From Candidatus Coatesbacteria bacterium (GTDB lineage: Bacteria > JAFGND01), in assembly GCA_016927185.1 (NCBI GenBank), contig JAFGND010000071.1, positions 62,001-126,000 on the forward strand: DNA of 64,000 nucleotides, written 5' to 3'. Position 1 is the stretch's first letter. Every line of letters starts with the position of its first letter. Both the position numbers and the translations under genes were made by a program. The notes beneath the pieces are model-generated. The model searched no databases. It saw only the letters and a program-made list of their open reading frames with translations, and was not told where the DNA came from. Of the stretch, positions 47,711 through 58,336 are shown piece after piece.

Positions 47711-49285
47711 ATGAAACAAAGATTTCCATCTTTCCATAAAATATACAGAAACACAGCAACTTCTATGTTACCTGAAAGGATGTTTGTCCCTTTAATGCTA
47801 TTAACAAGTTTAACAGCAGGATTATTCTTTTTTACTGTGCTTGTTTTAAAGGGATATTTCATGATAGATGGTAGTTTTTATATATATGCTCCATGGGCAG
47901 TTACTCATAGCAAATTACTTTACAAGGACTTTTTCTTTGGTCAACCTCCATTATTTGCATATATTTATGGGTATGGGCAAAAAATATTGCATTTAGGTTA
48001 TGGAATAATACCAACAAGAATATTTGCTTCACTAATAGGATTTATTACCATAATTCTTGCCTTTTTCATAAGTTGCTGGATAGGGCAAAGCAGGAAAGCA
48101 GGATATTTTACCTTATTAGTATTACTTACAGATGTTGAAATGATAAGGGATTTTTCCTGTGAAAAACTTTATCCTTTGGCAAGCTTTTTTCTTACCTTGT
48201 CTCTGTTTTTTTATTTCATTCCTATAAGAATAAGCAGGATGTCACGTTATGCTATTGTTCTATCTTGCCTTGCATTAACCTTCGGGACAAGGTTTTTTGC
48301 TATCTCAGGATATATATGGGGATTATTCTTTATTCTGTTTGTTGAGAAAAATCTTTCTTTCCATAAAAAGCTTGTTGCTATAACAGTAAGCTTGTTCATT
48401 CTTATGATTATTTTTGTTCCCCCATATTTTTATGCTGGCAAGGATTTGTTTCATTATAATTTATGGGGATTTCATTCGAATACTGTTGGAAGAGGTCTTT
48501 TCGCAATAATCAAGAGCAAAATATCAATACCAATCCAGGCCTTCAGACACCACTGGTTACTTGTTTTATGCTCATTATTATTGATCTTTGCAAACAAATC
48601 CCTAATAAAAGAGCAGCTTATAAAACTGAATTTTGGTTTTGGTCTGTTATTAATGATATTATTAACTCATTTTATAAGCCACTGGGTTACATTAGATTAT
48701 CAATCCTACCTTATCCCCGGTTTTTGTGCTCTTGTTATTCCTCTTGCTTATAAAACATTATCTCATTCATTAAAGAAGCCTATTAAAATGATTATTGGAT
48801 ATTCATTAATCATTATAGCTCCGTTTTATGGACTTGGCAATATACAGGTTTTTTTCTCTGGTGAAGCCCCTGATATTAAAATAATAAGACAAGCAGGAAG
48901 AGAACTCAAGCAACTCACAAATCCATCTGAGAAAATAATGATTTTTAATGGAGCAGTTCTTGTAGAAGCAGATAGACCTACAATACCAGGAGCTGAATCA
49001 CTTCCTTTTTCCTATCAGCATTTTTTACCGGATAGTTTATGTCTTAAATATAGACTTCTTAATAAGAGGCTTTTCTATCATGCACTTGATAATAAGGAAT
49101 TCGCGGCTTTGGCTTTAACAAAAGGAACTTTTTCATTACTGCTGCCAGTTGCTATTCCTGCTCCACCTGAAGTTGAAAAAGAAATCTGGGAAAGAATTAA
49201 CCGGAATTACTCAATTGTTAAAAGAATTCCTTTTACGAAATTGGATAATGAAGAAGTCTTAATTTATTTGCCAAAAAGAAGATAA
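47711..49285 (+). CDS. GT-C fold membrane glycosyltransferase-like protein
   Basis: IDG.FY, LYKDFF..QPPL loop and many TMs. The start is uncertain: the track's TTG at 47675 is probably a TTGACA -35 box. Confidence 0.65.
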   Translation: MKQRFPSFHKIYRNTATSMLPERMFVPLMLLTSLTAGLFFFTVLVLKGYFMIDGSFYIYAPWAVTHSKLLYKDFFFGQPPLFAYIYGYGQKILHLGYGIIPTRIFASLIGFITIILAFFISCWIGQSRKAGYFTLLVLLTDVEMIRDFSCEKLYPLASFFLTLSLFFYFIPIRISRMSRYAIVLSCLALTFGTRFFAISGYIWGLFFILFVEKNLSFHKKLVAITVSLFILMIIFVPPYFYAGKDLFHYNLWGFHSNTVGRGLFAIIKSKISIPIQAFRHHWLLVLCSLLLIFANKSLIKEQLIKLNFGFGLLLMILLTHFISHWVTLDYQSYLIPGFCALVIPLAYKTLSHSLKKPIKMIIGYSLIIIAPFYGLGNIQVFFSGEAPDIKIIRQAGRELKQLTNPSEKIMIFNGAVLVEADRPTIPGAESLPFSYQHFLPDSLCLKYRLLNKRLFYHALDNKEFAALALTKGTFSLLLPVAIPAPPEVEKEIWERINRNYSIVKRIPFTKLDNEEVLIYLPKRR

Positions 49286-49329
49286 CATTTTTTGTTTGAC
49301 TTAATATATATCAATTAAACTATAATCTC

Positions 49330-49941
49330 ATGCTTAATACGTTGATATTTATATTGTTTTCATCAGTTACTATCAGCAAAATCCCATTCTCGGTGCCTTA
49401 TTCACTGGAAGAACAGAACTGTTTCATGTTGAATCCATTCTGGCTGATAAATAATGATGAATATATGGCTTTCTCAGCTCAATATGGAAGAATTCTGCTT
49501 TATGGAAAAAGCGAGATTTACTTCCCCTTACAGGTTTTTACTGATGAGAAGGATAATATCTTTGACAAAGATCCTCTTACAGGAAAAGACAGATTTGGCA
49601 AAGTATCCGGTTTTGGAGGTGGTTTTGGAATAAGATATTATCCCTTATCAAGGTTTTCTGGACCTTTTGTTGGTTGCGGAGGTCTGATAGAAGCTCTAGA
49701 TGGTTATTATCAAGCTAAGGATGAAAGCAAAACGGATGAAAAATACAGATTTACAGGGATAGGCTTAAGTCCTTATGCAGAAATAGGTTACAGATGGCTA
49801 TGGATAAAGGGCATTACTGTAACTCCCAGAATAATACCTAAAGCAATGCTTTATACAATAAAAGCTGATAGTGTCGATCAGGAAGAGCACGGCTGGGAGT
49901 ATAATAATATAATAGATATATCAATAGGAATAACTTACTGA
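49330..49941 (+). CDS. Small exported beta-barrel-like protein
   Basis: Signal-like N-terminus, GIRYYP...GPFVG, EIGYRW, C-terminal ISIGITY. Confidence 0.65.
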   Translation: MLNTLIFILFSSVTISKIPFSVPYSLEEQNCFMLNPFWLINNDEYMAFSAQYGRILLYGKSEIYFPLQVFTDEKDNIFDKDPLTGKDRFGKVSGFGGGFGIRYYPLSRFSGPFVGCGGLIEALDGYYQAKDESKTDEKYRFTGIGLSPYAEIGYRWLWIKGITVTPRIIPKAMLYTIKADSVDQEEHGWEYNNIIDISIGITY

Positions 49942-50069
49942 TACTATGATTACTTTTACAGGCATATTTTTTGAATGTCAATTATATGCAGAAAAAGCAA
50001 GAAGATGTTTCGGATATCCTTATTTCATTAATAGACATAGACTTCTGTGAAAAGAGGAAAAAAACAAAT

Positions 50070-50489
50070 ATGAAAAGATTTCGATATTATGTAAATAAAT
50101 TCCAATATGCATTGAATGGGATTAGATATGCTATGAGAGAAGATAGAAGTACAAAACTCCAGTTTTTTCTGGGATTGATTGCGGTATTTCTTTCAATTGT
50201 TCTCAAGATAAGTGCACTTGAATTTGTTCTTGTAAGCATTGCATGTACATTAGTTATATTTGCTGAAATGTTCAATTCAGCACTTGAAGCAATAGCTGAT
50301 TATGCAACACGTAATAGCCTTGAAAGACATATACTTATACAAATAGCTAAGGATCTCGGGGCTGGTGCTGTTCTGATAACAAGTGTGAATGCAGTAATTG
50401 TGGGAATGGGAGTTTTCTTGCCAAAAATCCTGAGAATTTTCTTCAAATTCAACTACAATCCGTTGAAATTGATATTATTCTGGAACTAA
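50070..50489 (+). CDS. dgkA: Prokaryotic diacylglycerol/undecaprenol kinase
   Basis: F.YA..GI, AEMFNSALE, AKDLGAGAVL. Start moved to ATG 50070, which follows GAGGA. Confidence 0.88.
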   Translation: MKRFRYYVNKFQYALNGIRYAMREDRSTKLQFFLGLIAVFLSIVLKISALEFVLVSIACTLVIFAEMFNSALEAIADYATRNSLERHILIQIAKDLGAGAVLITSVNAVIVGMGVFLPKILRIFFKFNYNPLKLILFWN

Positions 50490-50532
50490 TATAAACAATA
50501 AAACATGAGTCTTATATAAGAAAATTTAAAAT

Positions 50533-51000
50533 CTATTTATAGACGGTATTTATTATCCAGTTCTTGGCTTCCTTATCTGCATTAATAAAACTGAAATTCA
50601 AAGGTGATATTAATGTTGTTTTCTTGATTCGATCTTTATACTCTAGTGTTATTAGAAGTATTACCCTTGAACCTTGTGCACCTTTTATCTTCCATTCCTT
50701 TACTTCTGGATTCATTACTCCAAGTTTGTTTAATTTAGCATTGCTTTTCTTTACCAGCATTTTAACATCATCATCTGTTAGCTTGACTTTTTCTGAATTC
50801 TGGGTTGTATCAGGTGGTTCATTCTTTTTTGTCGCAGTATCAGGTGGTTCTTCTTTCTTTTTTGGTTCATCATTTGGCAAGCCAAGTTGTGAGTAAATAT
50901 TATCTCCAACTGTTTCCTTTAGCTTCTGTTTATTGAGTTTGATGCAGGAAAAAGAAAGCAGCAATACTAACAATATTAATAAAAAGGTTTTGATATACAT
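50533..51000 (-). CDS. Hypothetical lipoprotein
   Basis: Lipobox LSFSC after a hydrophobic stretch; duplicated KK.EPPDT linker. Confidence 0.75.
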   Translation of the reverse strand: MYIKTFLLILLVLLLSFSCIKLNKQKLKETVGDNIYSQLGLPNDEPKKKEEPPDTATKKNEPPDTTQNSEKVKLTDDDVKMLVKKSNAKLNKLGVMNPEVKEWKIKGAQGSRVILLITLEYKDRIKKTTLISPLNFSFINADKEAKNWIINTVYK

Positions 51001-51012
51001 TTCTCCCCCTAC

Positions 51013-54000
51013 TTAAGGATTATATTTTTCTATGATTTTACGCCACAAGTCTTTAGTTATAGGTTTTTCAATGAACTGATCAAAATTAGTTTCAATAAGT
51101 GAAACCTCGTTCTTCGAAAAACTGTATGCAGACATTCCAATAATAGGTATTTGTTTACCCCATTCGTATTCCCTGATTTTTTCTGCAACTGCAAAACCAT
51201 TCATGTCAGGAAGATATATATCTATAAGCACCAGATCAGGTTTGATTTCCTCAATTATTTGTAAAGCTTTTCCACCCGTCTCTGCATTAATAAATGTACA
51301 TTTTTCTTTATATGCTTCAATTATTTCTTCTTGATGCTCAGGAATGTCCTCTACAATCAATACTATAAGTTTCTTTTCATCTCGGTTTTTTAATTTGCTT
51401 CCACCAAGAATCTCATATTTATCGTCTGAACTTAGTAAGAGGATGAGAACTATATTATCATTTATTTCCTTGAAATTCAATTTCCCTCCAATATTCTGAA
51501 GTATTGATTGAATAAGAAACAAACTTGTCCATGTTTGGTTCTCATTTGAAAGAGCAGGAAATATCCTTTCATCTTCAGAAATGATATTATCCATTAGATG
51601 CTTGAAAACAGGTTTTTCGGGGATGAATTTCATTGCTATATGATAATTGCTGTTTTCATCTGTTTTGCCTATAGTAGTTATTTCTATCCTTATTTTTTGT
51701 TCTTTTGCCAGATCTATAACTGTTTCAATTAGATTTTCGAAAATGAGAGATATAATCTCGGTAGAGCCATAGAATTCAGGATCATCATTTCTATCATAAA
51801 GAAACAAGATACCTGAATTGTCAAGAATATCTTTAAAAGACGACAATTTCTCTATGAAGAAACTCAGGATTCTGAATGTCTGCTTCTTGGATGAAAAGGC
51901 ATGAGATTCAATCTCAACAAAACCGACAAGATTGTTGATCAATGTCATAAGTCTTTTACTGCTATGCTTTATATAGCTGATGTATTCCTTCTGTTTTGTA
52001 TTTATTTGTGTTTGGTCATCAAGTAAAGTCGTAAAGCCTGAAAGTGTATTCATGTTAGTATGAAGACCATGCGAAATAGATAGTAAATATGATCTATCCT
52101 GGTTTATCTGCTCTCTTTCTGATGCCAGTCTCTTCTGCAATTTATGCTGCAGCTTTTTGGTTTCGGTTATATCAATAGACAGAACTCCCATTCCTTCCTT
52201 GCTTTTTTCCGAACCCAGCCTGATGAAACTAGTAAGAGTAGGAAATGTCTCTCCGCTTCTGGAAGTTATATATATATCTCCCGTCCAGATACCAGATTTG
52301 TTTGTCTGTTCAAGAATGCTCTTGAATCTGTTTGATTCCCATGATGCCAGAAGACTTTCAAGTTGTATTGATAGTGGTTGCTCACTGAACCCACATTTAC
52401 TCAAGAAAGAAGCATTTGCATAAATAACTTTATTATTAGTATCAAGAAGTAGAAGGCTTTCAGAAGCATTATCAAGTACAACCTTCAGCATTTGCCTTAA
52501 TCTCAATCCTTTCTTGGCTGCTGTAATATCCCTGATAACTGACAAAATCCTGTCCACTTTTCCATTTTTATCTAATAATGGAAACCTTTTTATTTCCAGG
52601 TAAAGATTACCTTCTTTTCTATCTACAAGAAATTCCTTTATAGATGGTTCCATATTTTTTATAACTTGTTCTACCTCTGTAAAAGCTTCCGGTGTAAGTG
52701 AATTTATTGTATTTTTTGATGATACCAGTTCAGAAGAAAGTAGTGGATAAGCTAATTCATTCAGTCTATGATTTGTTAATAAAATGGATCCATCTTTGTC
52801 TACAAGATGGATAGCTGTATCAAGGTTGTCTATTATTTCCTGGTTGAGATTACTTAAAGCTTCTATCTTTGCAGTAGCCTCTTTTTCTGAAGTTATATCA
52901 TATGTCAAACCAATGATTCCTTTTGGAACCCCATAATTATCAGTAATAACTGAAGCATTGAAAAGAATGGGAAATATCGTTCCATTCTTTCTTTGGGCTT
53001 TCAGCTCAGCTGAGATGCTGCCTTTATTCTGAAGATTTGTTATTACCTGATTTAAAGCGTCCTCATTTTCTGATGATGGAGTGAATATCTGAATATGTTT
53101 TCCGATAAGTTCATTCCTGTTATAACCATATATACTTTCCTGGGAAGGATTTGTGAATATAATTCTGCCATTTAAATCCGATATTATCACTCCATCTCTT
53201 GATGCTTGAATTGCCTGCTTAAGAAGAAGCATTTCCTGTTCTAGTTCTTTTCTTTCTGTAATGTCTATTTGTGCAGAAAGGCCAAGTATGAACCCTCCTT
53301 CCTTGTCTTTAATAGGAAACTCATTTACAAGAATGGATTTTGTTCTTCCAAGTCTGTCCAGACAGTTTATTTCTTTATCTCTTACTTGATTGCCAGAGAA
53401 GACTTCTGAGATCAGGGAAAGAGCACTATCTGAATGTTTGTAAATGGATTCTAACAATGGCTTATTAAGTATTTCTTCAGCCTTGAATCCATAAAGATCT
53501 TCTGCTGCTTTGTTAAATCTTATTATATTTCCAAATTCATCGAAAGCTATCATGGCAATAGGTGATGAATAAAAGAAATTCTTGAATAGAACTTCTGAAT
53601 TCCTTAGCTGTTCTTCATTTTTTTTTCTCTCTTTTATTTCTCTTGCGAAAAAGAGTATGCATTTTTGTTCCCTGTAATCAATGATATTTGTATTTATTTC
53701 TACAGGGATGATCTGCTTATCCTTGGTAATGAAAGAAGTTTCGAATTGTATTTCACTTGTCTCGAATAACTTGCGGATGATTCTGGAGAGATTTACATGC
53801 TGATGCTGTTCAAAGAACTCCAGGATATTCTTTCCTATCAGGTTTTTTCCCTTGGCAAGGATTTCATTTGCTGTTCTGTTTACATAATCTATCTCCCCAC
53901 TCATATCAAATAGCAATACAAGATCTGATGAAGCTTCAAGTATTGATTTCATCTCTTCAAATCGCTTCATCAGATTGTTTATTTCAGTTATCTCATTCAA

Positions 54001-54285
54001 TATAAATGCATTATTTTCATTATCAAGTCTTATTGATTCTATCCTGAAAGACCTGTTAAGAGGAGGTATTAATGAAATGCCATTTCCATTCCTGTCGCTT
54101 CTTGGACACCATGAACATGGTTTGTTTTGGTGATAAAACCTTTTATAACAAATATCATTTTCTGTGTTTATCCATATTTCTGAAGCAGATTTATTTACGA
54201 AATTAATTCTATCATGATTATCACATATATAGATAGGATTTGATGTCTTTTCTGCAATAATCTTATAAAACTCAAGTTTCTTCAT
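51013..54285 (-). CDS. Multi-PAS hybrid histidine-kinase-like protein with degenerate kinase core and receiver domain
   Basis: About six PAS/PAC repeats, H-box SHGLHTNM, eroded HATPase region, and receiver LIVED...DLVLIDIYLPDMNG...SA...KP. Confidence 0.85.
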   Translation of the reverse strand: MKKLEFYKIIAEKTSNPIYICDNHDRINFVNKSASEIWINTENDICYKRFYHQNKPCSWCPRSDRNGNGISLIPPLNRSFRIESIRLDNENNAFILNEITEINNLMKRFEEMKSILEASSDLVLLFDMSGEIDYVNRTANEILAKGKNLIGKNILEFFEQHQHVNLSRIIRKLFETSEIQFETSFITKDKQIIPVEINTNIIDYREQKCILFFAREIKERKKNEEQLRNSEVLFKNFFYSSPIAMIAFDEFGNIIRFNKAAEDLYGFKAEEILNKPLLESIYKHSDSALSLISEVFSGNQVRDKEINCLDRLGRTKSILVNEFPIKDKEGGFILGLSAQIDITERKELEQEMLLLKQAIQASRDGVIISDLNGRIIFTNPSQESIYGYNRNELIGKHIQIFTPSSENEDALNQVITNLQNKGSISAELKAQRKNGTIFPILFNASVITDNYGVPKGIIGLTYDITSEKEATAKIEALSNLNQEIIDNLDTAIHLVDKDGSILLTNHRLNELAYPLLSSELVSSKNTINSLTPEAFTEVEQVIKNMEPSIKEFLVDRKEGNLYLEIKRFPLLDKNGKVDRILSVIRDITAAKKGLRLRQMLKVVLDNASESLLLLDTNNKVIYANASFLSKCGFSEQPLSIQLESLLASWESNRFKSILEQTNKSGIWTGDIYITSRSGETFPTLTSFIRLGSEKSKEGMGVLSIDITETKKLQHKLQKRLASEREQINQDRSYLLSISHGLHTNMNTLSGFTTLLDDQTQINTKQKEYISYIKHSSKRLMTLINNLVGFVEIESHAFSSKKQTFRILSFFIEKLSSFKDILDNSGILFLYDRNDDPEFYGSTEIISLIFENLIETVIDLAKEQKIRIEITTIGKTDENSNYHIAMKFIPEKPVFKHLMDNIISEDERIFPALSNENQTWTSLFLIQSILQNIGGKLNFKEINDNIVLILLLSSDDKYEILGGSKLKNRDEKKLIVLIVEDIPEHQEEIIEAYKEKCTFINAETGGKALQIIEEIKPDLVLIDIYLPDMNGFAVAEKIREYEWGKQIPIIGMSAYSFSKNEVSLIETNFDQFIEKPITKDLWRKIIEKYNP

Positions 54286-55838
54286 TATCTTTCTAATCTT
54301 GTTCTATAAAATCTTATCAATTTTATTATTTCCTTTGTTTCAGGATCATTCAGTTTCACATCAAGAGGAGAATCCTTTAAATGCAAAATCCATTTTCTGA
54401 ATGCTAGTTTCACTTGCAGTCTATATAGAATTCTGGTCAAGTAAAAAGCTGTCCATCCTGAAAAAAAAAGTGTTTTAAATCCCTGCATATATCCTCTTCC
54501 GAATTTGATTAGATTTTTCAGTTCATCGCGATTAACAATAGTCGGATCAACAAGATCTGACAGGAATTCCTTAACAACTTTTTGTTCCTTGTATAGTGCC
54601 CAGTAAATCTGGAGAATTATCAGTACTCCTGCCAATAAACCAGCTGAAAAAATGCGGATAGAAATTGCCTCTTTTATACTTTCAGTTTTTGCAAAAAAGC
54701 CTATTCCATTCCATAATGAATGTAACATAACAGCAATAGTAATGCCTATAAATGGGTATACAAACCTTAATTTATCTTTTGGCAGTTCCCTCATTCTTCC
54801 CAGGGAAAAACCTATTATTCCAGTCCATGCAGGATGACATATAGTTGCAAGGAATAGACTTCTGCTATAAAAGATTTGACCTAGATTGGACTTTGCTAAT
54901 AAAATTGTTTTTAGATTCAAATCATTTGATTGAGCAAGGTTTATGAAATAAATACCATTCTCGACTATAGCGAAACCTAATCCAATAGTAAGTCCATATA
55001 GTATACCATCGAGAGTATTCGCAAATTTATCCTTAAGAAATATAAAAAGGAAAATGAGACCAAGTCCTTTCAAGAATTCTTCTACAATAGGTGCTACTCC
55101 TGAAATAACAAGAAGTGAGGGGAGATTCGGATTTGAAGATAAGGTTTTAGTGAATATTGTAATCATAAGGCTTGAAAAAGTGTTTATAAATAAAGCAGCA
55201 CCTGTAGCTGCAATTCCCCCCCATGCAATTGTAGAAATTATAAAGAAAAAAGAAATTCTTCTGTGGTAATCCAGAAGATGTATTATATAAAGATAAGGGA
55301 TTAATGGAATTCCAGCCAGAAATGCTCCCATCGCTATTATTTTCGGATGTTTTGCTCCTGAAATAAATCCCATAAAAAGAGCCAGTATGCTTCCCCCGAA
55401 AATCAATATCATTGTAGCAAAAAGAAGAACAATCATTCTGAGAGGAGTTATTTTGTAGTCTCCCATCTTGAACAAGGTTTCTTCCTGTTCTTTTGTTGAT
55501 ATTCTTACTTCTCCTATGGCTGGAACAGTTTTTCCATAAGGGAGCATCTCCACTTTCAGATTTGTGGAACCCAATCTTATAATATCTCCATTTTTAAGGA
55601 ACTTCGGGGACTGTATTAATTTCTCGTTAAGAAAGGAGCCACTGGTAGAACCTAGATCCAGTATAAGCAATCCCGCTTCTGAAGAAACAATTTTTGCATG
55701 TTTTATTGATAACTGATTGTCATGTATAATGATATTGGAATTTTCTTCTTTTCCGATAATGAATTCTCCTTCCCCAATAAGGAATGAAACCTCTTTATCG
55801 GGTCCGTTAAGTATTCTTAGAGCAAATGATCTTACCAA
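54285..55838 (-). CDS. FHA domain-PrsW family intramembrane protease fusion
   Basis: N-terminal FHA fold (IIG....I......S..HA.I....DLGST.G..LN); PrsW motifs PIVEEFLKG, GFAIVEN, H...TG, HSLWN. Confidence 0.88.
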   Translation of the reverse strand: MVRSFALRILNGPDKEVSFLIGEGEFIIGKEENSNIIIHDNQLSIKHAKIVSSEAGLLILDLGSTSGSFLNEKLIQSPKFLKNGDIIRLGSTNLKVEMLPYGKTVPAIGEVRISTKEQEETLFKMGDYKITPLRMIVLLFATMILIFGGSILALFMGFISGAKHPKIIAMGAFLAGIPLIPYLYIIHLLDYHRRISFFFIISTIAWGGIAATGAALFINTFSSLMITIFTKTLSSNPNLPSLLVISGVAPIVEEFLKGLGLIFLFIFLKDKFANTLDGILYGLTIGLGFAIVENGIYFINLAQSNDLNLKTILLAKSNLGQIFYSRSLFLATICHPAWTGIIGFSLGRMRELPKDKLRFVYPFIGITIAVMLHSLWNGIGFFAKTESIKEAISIRIFSAGLLAGVLIILQIYWALYKEQKVVKEFLSDLVDPTIVNRDELKNLIKFGRGYMQGFKTLFFSGWTAFYLTRILYRLQVKLAFRKWILHLKDSPLDVKLNDPETKEIIKLIRFYRTRLER

Positions 55839-58261
55839 TGCAGATAAAGCTGAAATCCTAAAGCATGTTCTCTTCTGACATCCGTAAAACCTGGATGTTC
55901 TATCAGTTCATCTTGCGGATCCGGTCTATACATGAAACTATTGTGATCATAAACCGATCTTTTATATGCATAGAAACCTTTCAGATCCATGTTTTTGCCT
56001 ATCTTGTTTATCAGAACAAGGTAGGTTTTATAACCTCTTCCATCAAGAAAATCAATACCTCTTTCATCGAATTCCCACTGGGACATTCCATTTGTCGTCC
56101 AGTAGGTTACTCCAAGTTTCAATGAAAGTGATTCATTGAATCTGTGATTCAGATAGCTGTTCAGGAAACCGCCTTCCATCTTTTCTCGAAGAGCTGTGTT
56201 TTCAGTTCCCATGAGTTTAACTCTTCCATATCTTGTAGAGATTGCAAGGAAATCTTGTCTTGATACTGGTGAAAAAACGCTGAAAGTAGTCTCGTCTGTA
56301 ACACTTTCTGAATAATTACCTGTTTTCGGTAGTTCTCTTTGTTGATGTTTGTGTCTTATCCTGAATCTCAGTGGATGAACAGGTTTATATTCAACTTCTC
56401 CCTGAAAACGTGATCCTGTACCGCCTGTATCAAGATCAGTCCACAAGTCCATGTAAGCTCTTGTAATAGTAATATTCCTGGAAAGTCTCATCCTTGTCTC
56501 TGCATACCATCCATCTTCAGGTTTGGGTGTTGGATAATCCTGAATCAGAGACATCAAAGGATCATTCAGTCTATAGTCCTTCTCGAACATTGTATCTTCA
56601 AATCTCGCATGTTCAGAGAATCCCCTGTTGTATGGATTATCATAAGCAAGATCATATCTTCTCTTTGCAATTGACAAATACCCCAATCTGTGTTGGAAGT
56701 AATTTTTTATCATATAAGCAAGTCCTTCACCCTCACTCTGCCTAGCAATCTCTCCAGATAATCCCCAGAAACCGATTATTGTCCTGAAATCTCCCCCAAT
56801 AACAGTTCTCTTGTCACCTTTCATTAAAGTGGAAAAGGTTTTTGTGTCCATGTAATCTGAATCATTTGGTATATCAAATGTAGCTTCTTGAGGATTAAAA
56901 ATCTTGTCATATTTGGTTTTAAGTATTGTAAAACCAAGTTGTGTTCCCCAGGGAAGAGGGTTTAACTCGCCGAGATTCATAGATAAATGCCCCCCTAGAG
57001 CAGTTTCCTTCACTGCATCTTTTTCTTCTTCCGGTATAATGCTGTAATCATTGTACATAAGGCTGTAAGTTCCATCCTGGTTTTCATATGCAGCTCTTTT
57101 CTGCATAGAACCAAATGCAGTCAGTGATACAAAATCATTCCTCATTTCAGCAGCTCCACCTCTGAAGGAGAAAGCTCTGTTACTTGAGATATCTCCGTAA
57201 ATGCCTTTTGTCCTGAAGTCCGATCTAGCTCTATACTCATCAGTATTATCTACTATCAATCCTTCACCAAAGGTCACTCTGTAATCTCCTACTATAAGCT
57301 TATGGAGATAAGGGTAGTTCTGTACAGAAGCATAACCTTTATAAAGATCGTAATACTTTTCTGCAAACTGCTCATGTCTTAGTGCAACTCCTGCAATTAT
57401 ATTATTACCCATGAATAATCTCACTCTGTCACTATGAACTCCCTGGGATTTGTACTTATCAAGGATAGATAACTCTTGTTCCAGTCTTTTCTTCAATCTG
57501 GTAGTATCAATTCCAGTTCCTTCATAATTATGATATCCAGTATTGATGTCATCAATTGCAGCTTCCAGTGAAGATATCCATTCATCCTTTGTATAGGAAT
57601 CACCAACCATGTCTAAAGTTGTAAAATCCAGTTCTGATCTTACATCACCATGAAATGCATATTTGTTTTTGCTGTCATACATATTTATAAAAGGTCTCAA
57701 TCCAAAATAACCGCTTGAAGAGAAATTTTCAAGTCTTCTTATCGTATAATACCCACTTAACCTGCTACCTTCTTCTTTGCGTTCTTTTACGGTTTTTGAA
57801 AGTACAGCAGCATCTATTAATGAAACTCCCTGAAACTGCAGTAAATCATCCATTGATAATGAATGAACATCAACAGGAGTTATAAGATAACTTTCCCAGA
57901 CATCAACAGCTGCAGTTCCTGGGCCATCTTCATCAAGCAACCTTTCATGAAGCCTTTCTATCTGACCGAAAAAACTTCTTGCTTTTTTAGAAATGAACAA
58001 GGATGTTGAAGAATTGACTTTGTTGAAAGTAGATATATCCATGCCTGAGACTTTCCATAAATCCAGATATGTTCTGAAACCATCGTGTTCATTTCTCCAT
58101 TTTATAATATTTATTGAAATTTCAACAGGTATTTGAGCTATTTTTGAAAGTTCCTGAGCAGTTACATCATTTATGTTAGGAGCAACATTTGCTTCAGTTG
58201 TTTCCAAAAAGAAAGCCAGTATCATGAAAAATGCTGGAATAATAATCTTTCTGAACATCAT
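55832..58261 (-). CDS. Exported ComEA-like helix-hairpin-helix protein with C-terminal beta-barrel-like region
   Basis: Signal peptide, NIN..T..EL...I..I...R....F....DL..V.G HhH, a second HhH, VGDYRV.FGEGL, FRGGA, and terminal aromatic residue. Start at 58261 after AAGGAG. Confidence 0.75.
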   Translation of the reverse strand: MMFRKIIIPAFFMILAFFLETTEANVAPNINDVTAQELSKIAQIPVEISINIIKWRNEHDGFRTYLDLWKVSGMDISTFNKVNSSTSLFISKKARSFFGQIERLHERLLDEDGPGTAAVDVWESYLITPVDVHSLSMDDLLQFQGVSLIDAAVLSKTVKERKEEGSRLSGYYTIRRLENFSSSGYFGLRPFINMYDSKNKYAFHGDVRSELDFTTLDMVGDSYTKDEWISSLEAAIDDINTGYHNYEGTGIDTTRLKKRLEQELSILDKYKSQGVHSDRVRLFMGNNIIAGVALRHEQFAEKYYDLYKGYASVQNYPYLHKLIVGDYRVTFGEGLIVDNTDEYRARSDFRTKGIYGDISSNRAFSFRGGAAEMRNDFVSLTAFGSMQKRAAYENQDGTYSLMYNDYSIIPEEEKDAVKETALGGHLSMNLGELNPLPWGTQLGFTILKTKYDKIFNPQEATFDIPNDSDYMDTKTFSTLMKGDKRTVIGGDFRTIIGFWGLSGEIARQSEGEGLAYMIKNYFQHRLGYLSIAKRRYDLAYDNPYNRGFSEHARFEDTMFEKDYRLNDPLMSLIQDYPTPKPEDGWYAETRMRLSRNITITRAYMDLWTDLDTGGTGSRFQGEVEYKPVHPLRFRIRHKHQQRELPKTGNYSESVTDETTFSVFSPVSRQDFLAISTRYGRVKLMGTENTALREKMEGGFLNSYLNHRFNESLSLKLGVTYWTTNGMSQWEFDERGIDFLDGRGYKTYLVLINKIGKNMDLKGFYAYKRSVYDHNSFMYRPDPQDELIEHPGFTDVRREHALGFQLYLHW

Positions 58262-58336
58262 TTCTCCTTTAAGCAAGTGCTTAGGTTAAAAGGAAGATTC
58301 CACTTGTTTAAGTCAAGAGAATTGATTTTTTGCCTG

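Noticed and set aside
50807-50850. 14-bp direct repeat GTATCAGGTGGTTC at 30-bp period
   Set aside because: Only two copies, in frame, encoding an EPPDT linker duplication. It is not a CRISPR array or att site.
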